DNA of 63,946 bases, filler included, from Octopus bimaculoides (GCF_001194135.2; 8 parts of 8 records of this genome joined end to end with filler, not necessarily neighbours in it), one strand, 5' to 3'; counted from the whole stretch's first letter, positions 11,761 through 24,202 are shown. The notes: generated by a model from the sequence alone, not told the origin. Made by a program: numbers and translations.

Positions 11761-12393
11761 GGGCGAAATAGGGCGATGAATTAGGCAATGAACTGGACGA
11801 TGAACTAGAGCGTTGAACTAAGCAATGAACTAGGCGATGAACTAAGCAATGAACTAGGCGATGAACTAGAGCGATGAACTAAGCAATGAACTAGGCGATG
11901 AACTAGAGCGATGAACTAAGCAATGAACTAGGCGATGAACTAGAGCGATGAACTAAGCAATGAACTAGGCGATGAACTANNNNNNNNNNNNNNNNNNNNN
12001 NNNNNNNNNNNNNNNNNNNNNNNNNNNNNNNNNNNNNNNNNNNNNNNNNNNNNNNNNNNNNNNNNNNNNNNNNNNNNNNNNNNNNNNNNNNNNNNNNNNN
12101 NNNNNNNNNNNNNNNNNNNNNNNNNNNNNNNNNNNNNNNNNNNNNNNNNNNNNNNNNNNNNNNNNNNNNNNNNNNNNNNNNNNACTAAGCAATGAACTAG
12201 GCGATGAACTAGAGCGATGAACTAAGCAATGAACTAGGCGATGAACTAGAGCGATGAACTAAGCAATGAACTAGGCGATGAACTAGAGCGATGAACTAAG
12301 CAATGAACTAGGCGATGAACTAGAGCGTTGAACTAAGCAATGAACTAGGCGATGAACTAAGCAATGAACTAGGCGATGAACTAGAGCGATGAA
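11761..12393. repeat. 37-bp minisatellite made of three related 12/13-bp monomers
   Basis: Unit gaactaggcgat-gaactagagcgat-gaactaagcaat is tandemly repeated on both sides of the gap at 11980-12183. Confidence 0.97.
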
Positions 12394-12771
12394 GTAGTGG
12401 AATCGTTTCATTGTCGGATGAGTTGCTTTGTAGTTTATACTTGCGAATCTTCGCGTTCTGAGAGAACCACTCACATTGACGTAATTCCGTAATGGGCTTA
12501 ACCCACATCCCAGCTTAACACGTGATTGTGGGGTGCCTTTAACGCTGGAGTTGTCTCTGTTACAAGAATTCGGGGCAGGTCGTCGGCTTGCGAGTGCCAT
12601 CATCTTTCTCATTCACGTGAAAAGACATTGAAAGTGTCATCATCCTTCAAACAAAGTGATGAAAATGAGTACATTCTTTCAAGTCTAAATTCTACAAATA
12701 CATATAAAATTATTAGATGTAAATTTTGTTCCTTTGATTTTAATCTACTTTTATATTTATTATCAATACAG

Positions 12772-12847
12772 ACCACATTGACCACATAAAAAACGTGGCT
12801 GGAGTTGACACTGTTGGTATTGGAGGAGACTATGATGGCGTCGAGAG
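12772..12847 (+). CDS. DPEP1-like: Membrane dipeptidase (peptidase M19), internal exon, phase 1 to 2
   Basis: The exon has acceptor atacag and donor gtagga. It encodes (D)HIDHIKNVAGVDTVGIGGDYDGVE(R), matching the DHxDHI and GxGGDxDG motifs of renal dipeptidases. Its 76-nt length fits my recollection of the human DPEP1 exon. Confidence 0.95.
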
Positions 12848-13232
12848 GTAGGATCTCTGTTTCTTACTAATCGCACCTCATTTAACTGAAATTTTCTGTT
12901 AAAGTCAAAATATTATCACCGTATATGATTATTTAAGACATCCATCCATCTATCGATCGATCGATCGATCGATCTATCCATCCATCCATCCATCCATCCA
13001 TACACACATACATACATATGCATACACGCAGATACACATACATACATATGCATACACGCAGACACACACACACCCACACACGCACACACACACACACACA
13101 CACACACGTACATACATACATGCGCACTTGCATATACAATAAGCACATACATACATATATATGCATACACACACATACATGCACACACACACATATATAT
13201 ACAAACACACATACCTACATACATACGCACAT

Positions 13233-13610
13233 ACTGGGACTCTGCGATATGTAACACACTGCCAAAATACCAATCTTGGGAAATTAGGCTTCTCAAAACA
13301 AGAATGGAGAAAGCTGATTCGTAGACTTCAGATCCAATCCATGATTGGGACTGTAAAAATATGTAAGACTTCCAGAAGTTGATCATTTAAATATATATGA
13401 GCATGTCTAGATATGCAACTATATGCATGAGAACATACAAATTTGAAAATATACATACATACATACATGCAAAAATACCCTGTTGGCGATGTTGGAATTC
13501 CAATGAAGGAACCTTGGTTCTAAGTTAGAAATCGGCTCTCTCTCTCTCTCTTTTGGTAAGAAATCTTGAATTGAAACTGAATAATGTCATACGTACATAC
13601 ATACATATAT
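13233..13610 (+). mobile_element. 5'-truncated R4/Dong-like retrotransposon (ORF end plus 3' UTR)
   Basis: NTNLGKLGFSKQEWRKLIRRLQIQSMIGTVKICKT matches the C-terminus of ORF 46633-47439; the UTR ends in gtcatacgtacatacatac. Confidence 0.85.
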
Positions 13611-13867
13611 TTTATAAATAAAAGAAAAAAACAATGCTAATCTTCAAAAGGGAGCCTAACACGGAAATATAGAAACACGTGGTAAAAGTACAAATCATTG
13701 GCTTGCATTATTTTTCATAACTCCAATAGTTTGGGCTTGAAAGTGTTATAAAAGTATCAAACTATAACATTCTACTATACACACAGGCGCATACACACAC
13801 CTACACACACATATATACACATATATTTACGTATATCTAGTTCCCTCTCTGTATATAGTGCATGTAT

Positions 13868-13996
<129 letters not shown>

Positions 13997-15169
13997 TGTC
14001 TGAAAAGACTGTCGGATCAGCAATGAGTAGGCCAATTGCTTCATTATGAACTGTAAACCAAAGAAGTCTTTTTAGCCCAGCTGTTGTGAAACAGTTTTCC
14101 GGTGTCTCAATACAATTAAGTAGACCATGTTTGTTAAGAATCAACGCTTATGCAAAGATAAGAAGAGAAACTGCGCGCTCATCGCCGCCTTGCCTTGTTG
14201 GGCAACACATAATATCACCAAAAGCAATTCAATGCTCAATTGATATTACAAATGGTTGCAGATCAATGACTATATTAGCTTCATCTACTATTTCTTTTCA
14301 TAGTTATCGACTAATATGCAAAGTGCCATCACTAAGGGTAAAGCGCCGTTTTGAATAAAAAAGTATATATATATATATGTATATATATGCAAACGCACAT
14401 ATATCTACGATAAAAACATTTGCATTTAACACGTTTCGTAGAAGCGTGAGAATCACGTCTGATAATTCGGATGAGGACTTCTGAGTGACAGAACTTTCCC
14501 ACTTTCTAATCTAAGTAAGGCCATTGGATTATGAGTACAGTTCGTTGTCATTAGATTAATCACTTCACGNNNNNNNNNNNNNNNNNNNNNNNNNNNNNNN
14601 NNNNNNNNNNNNNNNNNNNNNNNNNNNNNNNNNNNNNNNNNNNNNNNNNNNNNNNNNNNNNNNACACGTTTCGTAGAAGCGTGAGAATCACGTCTGATAA
14701 TTCGGATGAGGACTTCTGAGTGACAGAACTTTCCCACTTTCTAATCTAAGTAAGGCCATTGGATTATGAGTACAGTTCGTTGTCATTAGATTAATCACTT
14801 CACGTGCTAGAGTTCCCGTAGGAATGGCATTAATAGATTACAAAGCCTCGACCACAATACTATTTGTCAAAATAACTAACAAATCGGTTGACAGATAGGA
14901 AAAAAAAAAAAGAACAAAAAAAACGTGGAGACAACTATTTTGTCAATCTAACACTAATAAGGTTTAATATGAATAGGAATCTATGGGAAACAAAGTTAAC
15001 TGCAACTTGAAATTGGTTTGCAGTGTAGCTTAGAGAGTGTCATTAAATAAGCGTGGGTTGTAAGCATAAGTGCCAACAAGTAGAACAAATGAAGTAACAT
15101 TTAACCAAAAGAAGTCCTGTGCGATTGAAATGAAATAAACGGTTAAATTGACATATCTCTATATTTCAG

Positions 15170-15305
15170 ATTACCAATCGGTTTAGAGGATGTATCTACA
15201 TATCCTGATTTATTCGCTGAACTTGTAAAACGTGGTTGGTCGAATGAAGATCTTGCTAAGCTGGCTGGTGAAAATCTACTGCGTGTATTCAAAGCAGCTG
15301 AAAAA
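15170..15305 (+). CDS. DPEP1-like: Membrane dipeptidase (peptidase M19), next exon, phase 2 to 0
   Basis: The exon has acceptor atatttcag and donor gtaagt. It encodes (R)[45 protein letters not shown] (GLEDVS.YP.L and NLLRVF motifs). It joins the 12772-12847 exon in frame across a 2322-nt GT-AG intron. Confidence 0.96.
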
Positions 15306-16244
15306 GTAAGTTCCGTTCAATGTAGTCATATTCCATTAGGGGTGGGGGGCAGCATTCTCAAAATATATTTCATTTGGTATTGATCTCAACGTGACCATGT
15401 ACAATTGGTCTAAAACTAAATTAATGTGATAACACTAATATATATATTCTGATAGTGAATAAATTTTATTGATGATCATATATCATCCACATACTGATCA
15501 GCAAATGAAATAAAATGCTTCGTTTCCATATATATATATATATATATATATATANNNNNNNNNNNNNNNNNNNNNNNNNNNNNNNNNNNNNNNNNNNNNN
15601 NNNNNNNNNNNNNNNNNNNNNNNNNNNNNNNNNNNNNNNNNNNNNNNNNNNNNNNNNNNNNNNNNNNNNNNNNNNNNNNNNNNNNNNNNNNNNNNNNNNN
15701 NNNNNNNNNNNNNNNNNNNNNNNNNNNNNNNNNNNNNNNNNNNNNNNNNNNNNNNNNNNNNNNNNNNNNNNNNNNNNNNNNNNNNNNNNNNNNNNNNNNN
15801 NNNNNNNNNNNNNNNNNNNNNNNNNNNNNNNNNNNNNNNNNNNNNNNNNNNNNNNNNNNNNNNNNNNNNNNNNNNNNNNNNNNNNNNNNNNNNNNNNNNN
15901 NNNNNNNNNNNNNNNNNNNNNNNNNNNNNNNNNNNNNNNNNNNNNNNNNNNNNNNNNNNNNNNNNNNNNNNNNNNNNNNNNNNNNNNNNNNNNNNNNNNN
16001 NNNNNNNNNNNNNNNNNNNNNNNNNNNNNNNNNNNNNNNNNNNNNNNNNNNNNNNNNNNNNNNNNNNNNNNNNNNNNNNNNNNNNNNNNNNNNNNNNNNN
16101 NNNNNNNNNNNNNNNNNNNNNNNNNNNNNNNNNNNNNNNNNNNNNNNNNNNNNNNNNNNNNNNNNNNNNNNNNNNNNNNNNNNNNNNNNNNNNNNNNNNN
16201 NNNNNNNNNNNNNNNNNNNNNNNNNNNNNNNNNNNNNNNNNNNA

Positions 16245-16905
16245 CTAAACAGTAAATCTATTCAACAAAATCGCCGTTGGCTTCAACCACAGCCTACAGA
16301 CAAGTTCGGAATCTTTTGCAGCTGTTCTGGACGGTCTCCTTGTTTGAGGTGGTGAATGCTGCCATAATCCTTGCCTTCAGTTCATCTTTGGAGATACAAG
16401 GAATTTTGTTGGTCTCTCGCTCAACTGCGCCCCACACATAACAATTAAGGGGGTTGCAGTCTGGGGAGTTAGGTGGCCAGATGTTAGGGGTGATGTGGTC
16501 GCAGAAATTGTCTGGAAGCCATGACTAGGTTCGCCCGATTGCGTGGCATGGTGCAAAGTCCTGTTGCCAAACACAGGGTCTTCCAGCAGTCACCCTCTTG
16601 ACCTTGGGCGGCAGCACCTCCTCCAGGCATTTGATGTAGGCCTCTGTATTGGGTCTGAGGGCGTGTGGGAACATGAATGGAGGCATAACGCCGCCATCAT
16701 AAGTGATAACTTCAATCACTTGGATGATGAATTGATGCTTGATTTTTATCACTCTTGGTACACGTTCACAGATTGCACTGTTTTCAGTTTGCACTGCCTT
16801 GAGATTGACAGAGCCTACTATACTGTGTAGTCGACAAAATCAAAATCAAACAATGCGCATGCACAGTATTCAAAATATAAAATGGAGACAGCTTATCCAT
16901 CGCAA
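16245..16905 (-). mobile_element. Internally deleted maT family 1 copy
   Basis: ITYDGGVMPPFMFPH...WQQDFAPCH; its non-coding 5' end matches 2520-2580. Confidence 0.85.
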
Positions 16906-16952
<47 letters not shown>

Positions 16953-17004
16953 GTGTGTGTGTACATATATGTATGTATATATGTATTTGCATAAATATAT
17001 ATGT

Positions 17005-17049
<45 letters not shown>

Positions 17050-17894
17050 AGTATATAAATATATTTATATATATGTATATATGTATATATGTATAGGGAA
17101 AAAGAAAATATTGATAATATATAATTTCAATAATCCCTTGCATATACGCATTATATGATAGTGATTAACCAGTGGAATGCCTTGGAATATATAATCCCTA
17201 ATGAGGATATAACTTCCTTGAATTAACTATATACGTATATTTATGTATACGTATATATATAATTTAAATATATGTACATATATATATATATACATATATA
17301 TATACATATAGATTTAATCAAAAGATTAAATGTGGTACTTAATATGTTTGAGGCACCAGAATTTGGTAGGATAAAAACCAAAAACAAAATCAAGAGATTT
17401 GGTGAATAAAATTTGAAGTTAAGCAACAAAAATTCAATACGTTATAGCAGTACGTACGTTTCGTACAAGCTCCATTTATTCATGTGGTGAGAACACCACA
17501 GAATGTTCATTTTCATTGAACATTCTNNNNNNNNNNNNNNNNNNNNNNNNNNNNNNNNNNNNNNNNNNNNNNNNNNNNNNNNNNNNNNNNNNNNNNNNNN
17601 NNNNNNNNNNNNNNNNNNNNNNNNNNNNNNNNNNNNNNNNNNNNNNNNNNNNNNNNNNNNNNNNNNNNNNNNNNNNNNNNNNNNNNNNNNNNNNNNNNNN
17701 NNNNNNNNNNNNNNNNNNNNNNNNNNNNNNNNNNNNNNNNNNNNNNNNNNNNNNNNNNNNNNNNNNNNNNNNNNNNNNNNNNNNNNNNNNNNNNNNNNNN
17801 NNNNNNNNNNNNNNNNNNNNNNNNNNNNNNNNNNNNNNNNNNNNNNNNNNNNNNNAGAGAGAGAGAGAGAGAGAGAGAGGAATTTATCAATAAA

Positions 17895-18302
17895 TATAAT
17901 ATGTAACAATTAGTTGGTTGTCATAATAAAACTCAGAGTTTCGAATGCCGGGCCTGAAGTCTGCTCGGGCATCCCATCAGTTATTAAGACAGATGCTATG
18001 AAAAAAGTTTAAGACAAACGCTATCAAAATATCTTACGCGTGTGTGAGTACGTATATAGATATACATACATGTGTGTGTGTGTATACGTACGTATATGTG
18101 TGTGTGTATATATGTGTGCATATGCGGATTCTATGACTGAACTATTATTTTCTCCATGCCTATGGGAGTCATTTCCCTTTATTCAACGGTTCTTTTCATA
18201 GCGTTTGTTTTAATAACTGATGAGATGCCGGGGCAGACTTCAGCCCTGGCATCCGAAACTCTGACTTTTATTATGACAACCAATTAATTGTTACATGTTA
18301 TA
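17895..18302. mobile_element. MITE-like foldback element with ~110-bp inverted arms
   Basis: 17895-18007 is the reverse complement of about 18190-18302 with scattered mismatches; TA flanks; microsatellite in the spacer. Confidence 0.85.
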
Positions 18303-18330
18303 TATATATATATATATACAGACATATACA

Positions 18331-18850
18331 TACGCAGGTGGGCTGAAAAGTCCGTAGACTGACTATGAAGGAATGATGCTAGAGTCGTCAAATCTTGCTT
18401 GCATTTCAAGCCTTCTTATTAATAACTGCATTGATTTTTCTAGAAGCTAGTAAACACTTCTCTTCAAAATGGGACAGTATTTGACATCTTATTGTTATCA
18501 AGTACTGGTAGAAAATGAGTTTAACTTGAGTTTAAATGGGTTTACGCTGAGGGAGCTACGAAAGGCTACGGAGATCATATGACAGGAAAACCGACGAAAG
18601 GAGTTTTGCTTCATAAAGACAATTCTCAAGAACACGTCATTAGTTTCAATAGCTGGTGTGCGCGAGTGTGGCTTTGACTTGGTTGATTATCCTCCCTATT
18701 CTCCTGATTTGGCCCCATCTGACTACCACCTGCTCCGCAGCATGAAAATAACACTCAATTGGGAACTAATATCGCAATGGCGATGTCGTCATATCTGCTG
18801 TTAATGTCTTTTGACTAGAAGGTTGAAAGTTCCATCAACAGTTGGAGTTG
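18331..18850 (+). mobile_element. Internally deleted mariner, same family as 7655-8870
   Basis: Shared 5' end (gactgactatgaaggaatgatgc) and a 3' part encoding YPPYSPDLAPSDYHL. Confidence 0.85.
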
Positions 18851-18854
18851 ATAG

Positions 18855-19480
18855 ACGGACACTGGAAGAGCCCGTCGTATATATGTATGTATGTATATAT
18901 ATATATATATATATATATNNNNNNNNNNNNNNNNNNNNNNNNNNNNNNNNNNNNNNNNNNNNNNNNNNNNNNNNNNNNNNNNNNNNNNNNNNNNNNNNNN
19001 NNNNNNNNNNNNNNNNNNNNNNNNNNNNNNNNNNNNNNNNNNNNNNNNNNNNNNNNNNNNNNNNNNNNNNNNNNNNNNNNNNNNNNNNNNNNNNNNNNNN
19101 NNNNNNNNNNNNNNNNNNNNNNNNNNNNNNNNNNNNNNNNNNNNNNNNNNNNNNNNNNNNNNNNNNNNNNNNNNNNNNNNNNNNNNNNNNNNNNNNNNNN
19201 NNNNNNNNNNNNNNNNNNNNNNNNNNNNNNNNNNNNNNNNNNNNNNNNNNNNNNNNNNNNNNNNNNNNTGTGTGTGTGTGTGTGTTTGTCCCCCCATCAT
19301 CGCTTGACAACCGATGCTGGTGTGTTTACGTCCCCGTGAATTAGTGGTTCGGCAAAAAGAGTCCGATAGAATAAGTACTAGGTTTACAAAGAACAAGTCC
19401 TGGGGTCGCTTTGCTCGACTAAAGGCAGTGCTCCAGCATGGCCGCAGTGAAATGACTGAAACAGGTAAGAGAGTAAAAAA
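18855..19480 (+). mobile_element. SINE family A, gap at the internal microsatellite
   Basis: gaagagcccgtcgtatatatg...gap...gtgtttgtccccccatcatcgcttgacaacc...gaaacaggtaagagag. Confidence 0.85.
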
Positions 19481-19888
19481 GTATATATACAACTTTATAT
19501 CGCCCTTTGAATCTATCGATCTGTCTATCTATCTATCTGTCTGTCTGTCTGTCCATCCGTCAGTCCATCCGTCTGTCTATGTGTCTATCAATTCATTTAT
19601 GTGTATGGTTCGCAAACATACTGATAATTGTGGTCTCTGATGTACTATTATAATTATTTCTATGAAAACAGCAAGATATCAACATAATATTTAATTTATT
19701 CTAATAAAAGTTTGGTGTTAATTTGTCTTAAAATGATGTGATTAACTGCAAGAACGAGCATGTGGTCGTACATAATTTCTATTGGCTATGTATGATTTTA
19801 AGAATATATAAGTCCATATATGTACATATAAGTGCATGTATGTACATATAAGTACATATATGTATACATATATGTATATATAAACCTA

Positions 19889-19929
<41 letters not shown>

Positions 19930-19964
19930 GTATAGATATATATATTCGCCATGATATATCGCTA

Positions 19965-20059
19965 GTCACTACACATTCCTCTTTTTTCTCTCCGTGTTTC
20001 TCTCCTTGTTTCTCTCCGTGTTCCTTTCTGTGGAAGAGCGTAGGCGCGAAACGTTAAAG
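19965..20059 (+). mobile_element. Probable Penelope-like 3' terminal fragment
   Basis: Pyrimidine-rich stretch then ggaagagcgtaggcgcgaaacgttaaag (GANGAG..CGAAAC pattern); cut by a gap. Confidence 0.4.
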
Positions 20060-21302
20060 NNNNNNNNNNNNNNNNNNNNNNNNNNNNNNNNNNNNNNNNN
20101 NNNNNNNNNNNNNNNNNNNNNNNNNNNNNNNNNNNNNNNNNNNNNNNNNNNNNNNNNNNNNNNNNNNNNNNNNNNNNNNNNNNNNNNNNNNNNNNNNNNN
20201 NNNNNNNNNNNNNNNNNNNNNNNNNNNNNNNNNNNNNNNNNNNNNNNNNNNNNNNNNNNNNNNNNNNNNNNNNNNNNNNNNNNNNNNNNNNNNNNNNNNN
20301 NNNNNNNNNNNNNNNNNNNNNNNNNNNNNNNNNNNNNNNNNNNNNNNNNNNNNNNNNNNNNNNNNNNNNNNNNNNNNNNNNNNNNNNNNNNNNNNNNNNN
20401 NNNNNNNNNNNNNNNNNNNNNNNNNNNNNNNNNNNNNNNNNNNNNNNNNNNNNNNNNNNNNNNNNNNNNNNNNNNNNNNNNNNNNNNNNNNNNNNNNNNN
20501 NNNNNNNNNNNNNNNNNNNNNNNNNNNNNNNNNNNNNNNNNNNNNNNNNNNNNNNNNNNNNNNNNNNNNNNNNNNNNNNNNNNNNNNNNNNNNNNNNNNN
20601 NNNNNNNNNNNNNNNNNNNNNNNNNNNNNNNNNNNNNNNNNNNNNNNNNNNNNNNNNNNNNNNNNNNNNNNNNNNNNNNNNNNNNNNNNNNNNNNNNNNN
20701 NNNNNNNNNNNNNNNNNNNNNNNNNNNNNNNNNNNNNNNNNNNNNNNNNNNNNTGGAAAAATACATATACATATTCTTTGATAATAATAGAAAATGTTAG
20801 AAACAGTTTAAGTATCAAAATACATATATACATTTTTTGATAATAATAATAAGAATATGTTTGAAACAGTTTACAACGTTGTTATAACAAAAAGGATTTG
20901 GTAAAATATGTATATATATACACAGGAAATATATTTAAGAGTTCGCAAAAAGTTGAGGATGAACTGACCTAGCTTTTTTCTCTTGTGTGTATTGAGGGAA
21001 TGTTTGCTGTCTTAAGAGACAATATGACTGGCTAGCTGGGGTGGGAGGAAGGAAGAATTAAAAGGGATTTTTTGATTTTTGGTTGGTCTGTGAGCTAGTC
21101 TGTTATGGTGTGTAGATATGTATATAAATACGTGTAGATACGTATATAATACATACATATATATGTATGTTCGTACGTATATATGTATGCAAGTATGCAT
21201 GGATGTATATATGTATATGTACACACATTTGAGCGTAGTAAAACTGGGTTACGTGAAGCTCTGAGTGACTATTTACTAAATCATTTTAGTTCAGTTGAAC
21301 GA

Positions 21303-21760
21303 TATGCAGGGTGTTCGGGCTAAATTCGACGGTTTACATAAAAGGAAAAGAAAACACAGTATCGCCTCCGAAATTAAAATTATCTTTAAAAAAATATAAG
21401 ATTATGAACTAGATTATGGCCAGGAGATGACGGTTTACTCAAACTAGCCGCTCTCTGCTTCCACCATGGTCACAAGAAGGCTCCGGAAACTGGTACATTT
21501 GTCCCACACAGTGACTCTGGAAAGATCTTCGCATACCTCCTTAATCTTGACAGTTTTTCCTCCATGCAGAACCATTGCTCCAAGGCCATGTGTTTCCAAA
21601 AGTACAATATGCCCCCCGCCATTGCAAAGAGAACTCAGAAAGCACCATTGTGAATATTCTACAAGTATTATCAATTAAGAAGTTTTTCCCAATAATTTTC
21701 AATGTTTTTCATGATGTTGTGATTGCCATGCTTTTGATCATCCATTCTTTCTTTCTTGTC
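21303..21760 (-). mobile_element. maT family 3, 3' end
   Basis: Minus strand KIKEVCEDLSRVTVWDKCTSFRSLLVTMVEAESG; terminal cagggtg at about 21307; related to 28112-28502. Confidence 0.7.
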
Positions 21761-21761
21761 T

Positions 21762-22260
21762 TTAACCCTCCAACGTGGAGTATAGGCCACTTATAATTGA
21801 ATTCCATGTCGCATAAATTTTCGCTTCTGTACTTATACTCTGCCATGAATGTCCCCCTTTCTCTAGTTCTTTTTGTGTTGATCTACGCCACGAGTTCTTA
21901 GGCCTACTCCTCTTTCTATATCCATCCGGATTCCACTGTAAAGCACTTTTCGCTACATTTGGTGTGTCCTTTCTAATTGTGCTACCAATCCACTTCCACT
22001 TTTTCTTAAATATTTGCTCTCTAATCGAAACTTGATTCGTTCTTTGCCATAGCTCCATATTGCTTATGTGTTCGGGTCATCTAATTTTAAGTATACTACG
22101 CAATCACCTGTTGATGAATGATTGTATTTACTTATTTGACTTAAATGTTGTTCGCCATGTCTCAGCCCCATACAATAACATCACTTTTACGTTAGTGTTA
22201 AAAATACTTATTTTGTTCTTTATTGAAATTACACTTGCGTTCCATTGATCATCCACTAAA
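21762..22260 (-). mobile_element. RTE-clade LINE, C-terminal fragment
   Basis: KISIFNTNVKVMLLYGAETW...ISNMELWQRT...KKKWKWIGSTIRK...ALQWNPDGYRKRSRPKNSWRR. Confidence 0.9.
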
Positions 22261-22595
22261 CGATGCCAATTTCCACCAACAAACTAGCTCCAGACTTGAA
22301 AACCGTAGTTTGTTTTGTAAGAGGTACAACTCCTACCCATGTTTTCTTCTAGATCAGCCAACGTCTTTCTTTCTCTACAGATTGAAGGATGTGAAAGAAT
22401 TTTAAAAAAGGATGCTAAGGTTTTTCGATAGCAATATGAAAATTAAACAAAGAAGTACATTCCTACTTTATATCTTAATATGTAGTCCACAGCGCCTCCT
22501 AGTGAGATGGTGCGTAATATCTATGGCTTCGTGGGCATTCGTTTTGAGATTTTTAATAAAAGGTAGAGATTTGCAGATATACACTTTTTTAGTGG

Positions 22596-22632
<37 letters not shown>

Positions 22633-23066
22633 TGTGTATGCGTGCGTGTTGTTAATAGTTGATATTTTGATAACGCCCCATGTTGTTGCAATTCGCACAA
22701 ATCTCTAACATGCATGTTTGCATTGTACAATATTTTTCATAATATCAGACTCGTTTTCTTTTTCTCTTATTCAAACTCATTAAAGATATACATTTTAATG
22801 TTACTATCTTACACACCATCATGACAATACTAAAATCTCTTTCCATACGCATACCTCCTAGAGTTAATTATGAATTCCATATCTTGAATTATTTATCGCA
22901 TTTTACTTCATCTGATTATCATTTAGATGATTTCTCTTTTCCATCTTTATAATTTTCTTAATCTCCATAATCACGGTTTTTACTTTAACACTTTTCGACT
23001 TATCGTAAAGGCGCATCACGATTCAATTTTAATGTTGAAAATCACTTTTAAAACGATAAACAGTAA

Positions 23067-23142
<76 letters not shown>

Positions 23143-23284
23143 NNNNNNNNNNNNNNNNNNNNNNNNNNNNNNNNNNNNNNNNNNNNNNNNNNNNNNNNNN
23201 NNNNNNNNNNNNNNNNNNNNNNNNNNNNNNNNNNNNNNNNNNNNNNNNNNNNNNNNNNNNNNNNNNNNNNNNNNNNNNNNNNNN

Positions 23285-23323
<39 letters not shown>

Positions 23324-23541
23324 TTGCTATTATGCTAAACTGTCGTATGTTCAAGTTTGGCCAAATGCGTTTTTTTTTCAATATTTATATTTGCTTGCAA
23401 ATATCGTATCTCCAGCTGCTTCAGATGTCAAGATATAGAAAAGTGTCCAAGTGTAGTGCAACGGTTTTGCTATGGAATGGTGAAACTATTTTTTCGTTTC
23501 CTAAAAGTGCAACGTTTTAGACTGACACATATCTATATCTA

Positions 23542-23634
<93 letters not shown>

Positions 23635-23709
23635 CAACGATATATATATACATACATACATACATATATACATACACACACACACACATATATATATATG
23701 TATATATAT

Positions 23710-24054
23710 TATTATGTTAAGGGCTATTACTATAAGCAAAGCCACACGCTGTAAGGAGACTAGATTCAAGCTACTTCAATAAAATTACACAGGCACCGAA
23801 TTCGAAGGAATGTTCGCATGGTATGCATAAATGTTTATATTCATATTTTCCTGGTTATGTTCACACTGATGAATGGAGAGCATATTATACATGCTGACCA
23901 CGAAATCATTAATGATATACGACTAAACCCTTTTTAACGGAGTTTCTCCTATATTTATTCCCTCGAATTCGGTGCCTGTGTAGTTAAGTTGTTTGACTTT
24001 AGAGTCCTCTTACAGCGTGTGACTTGGCTTATAGCAATAGCCCTTGATATAATA
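23710..24054. mobile_element. MITE-like foldback element with ~100-bp inverted arms
   Basis: tattatgttaagggctattactataagc...caggcaccgaattcgaaggaat (23710-23811) pairs with 23957-24054. Confidence 0.85.
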
Positions 24055-24169
24055 ATGTATTTTATATATAAATGAAAAAATTATACACTTTGTATTAATA
24101 TTTTCCTTAATTAATTTTTCACGCTGGCTACTTGATAAAATCTTATATAGATTTTATCCTTATATACAT

Positions 24170-24202
<33 letters not shown>

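Noticed and set aside
11761-12393. CRISPR-like array (37-bp repeats)
   Set aside because: The repeats are contiguous with no unique spacers, there are no cas genes, and the context is eukaryotic.
14429-14804. 141-nt perfect direct repeat (14429-14569 and 14664-14804)
   Set aside because: The copies are identical and abut opposite sides of an N gap, so this is most likely an unmerged contig overlap.
17445-17500. Minus-strand GAAAC-GTAC-GTA hammerhead-like junction
   Set aside because: There is no CUGANGA core or helix I pairing upstream; a short (GTAC)n run explains it.
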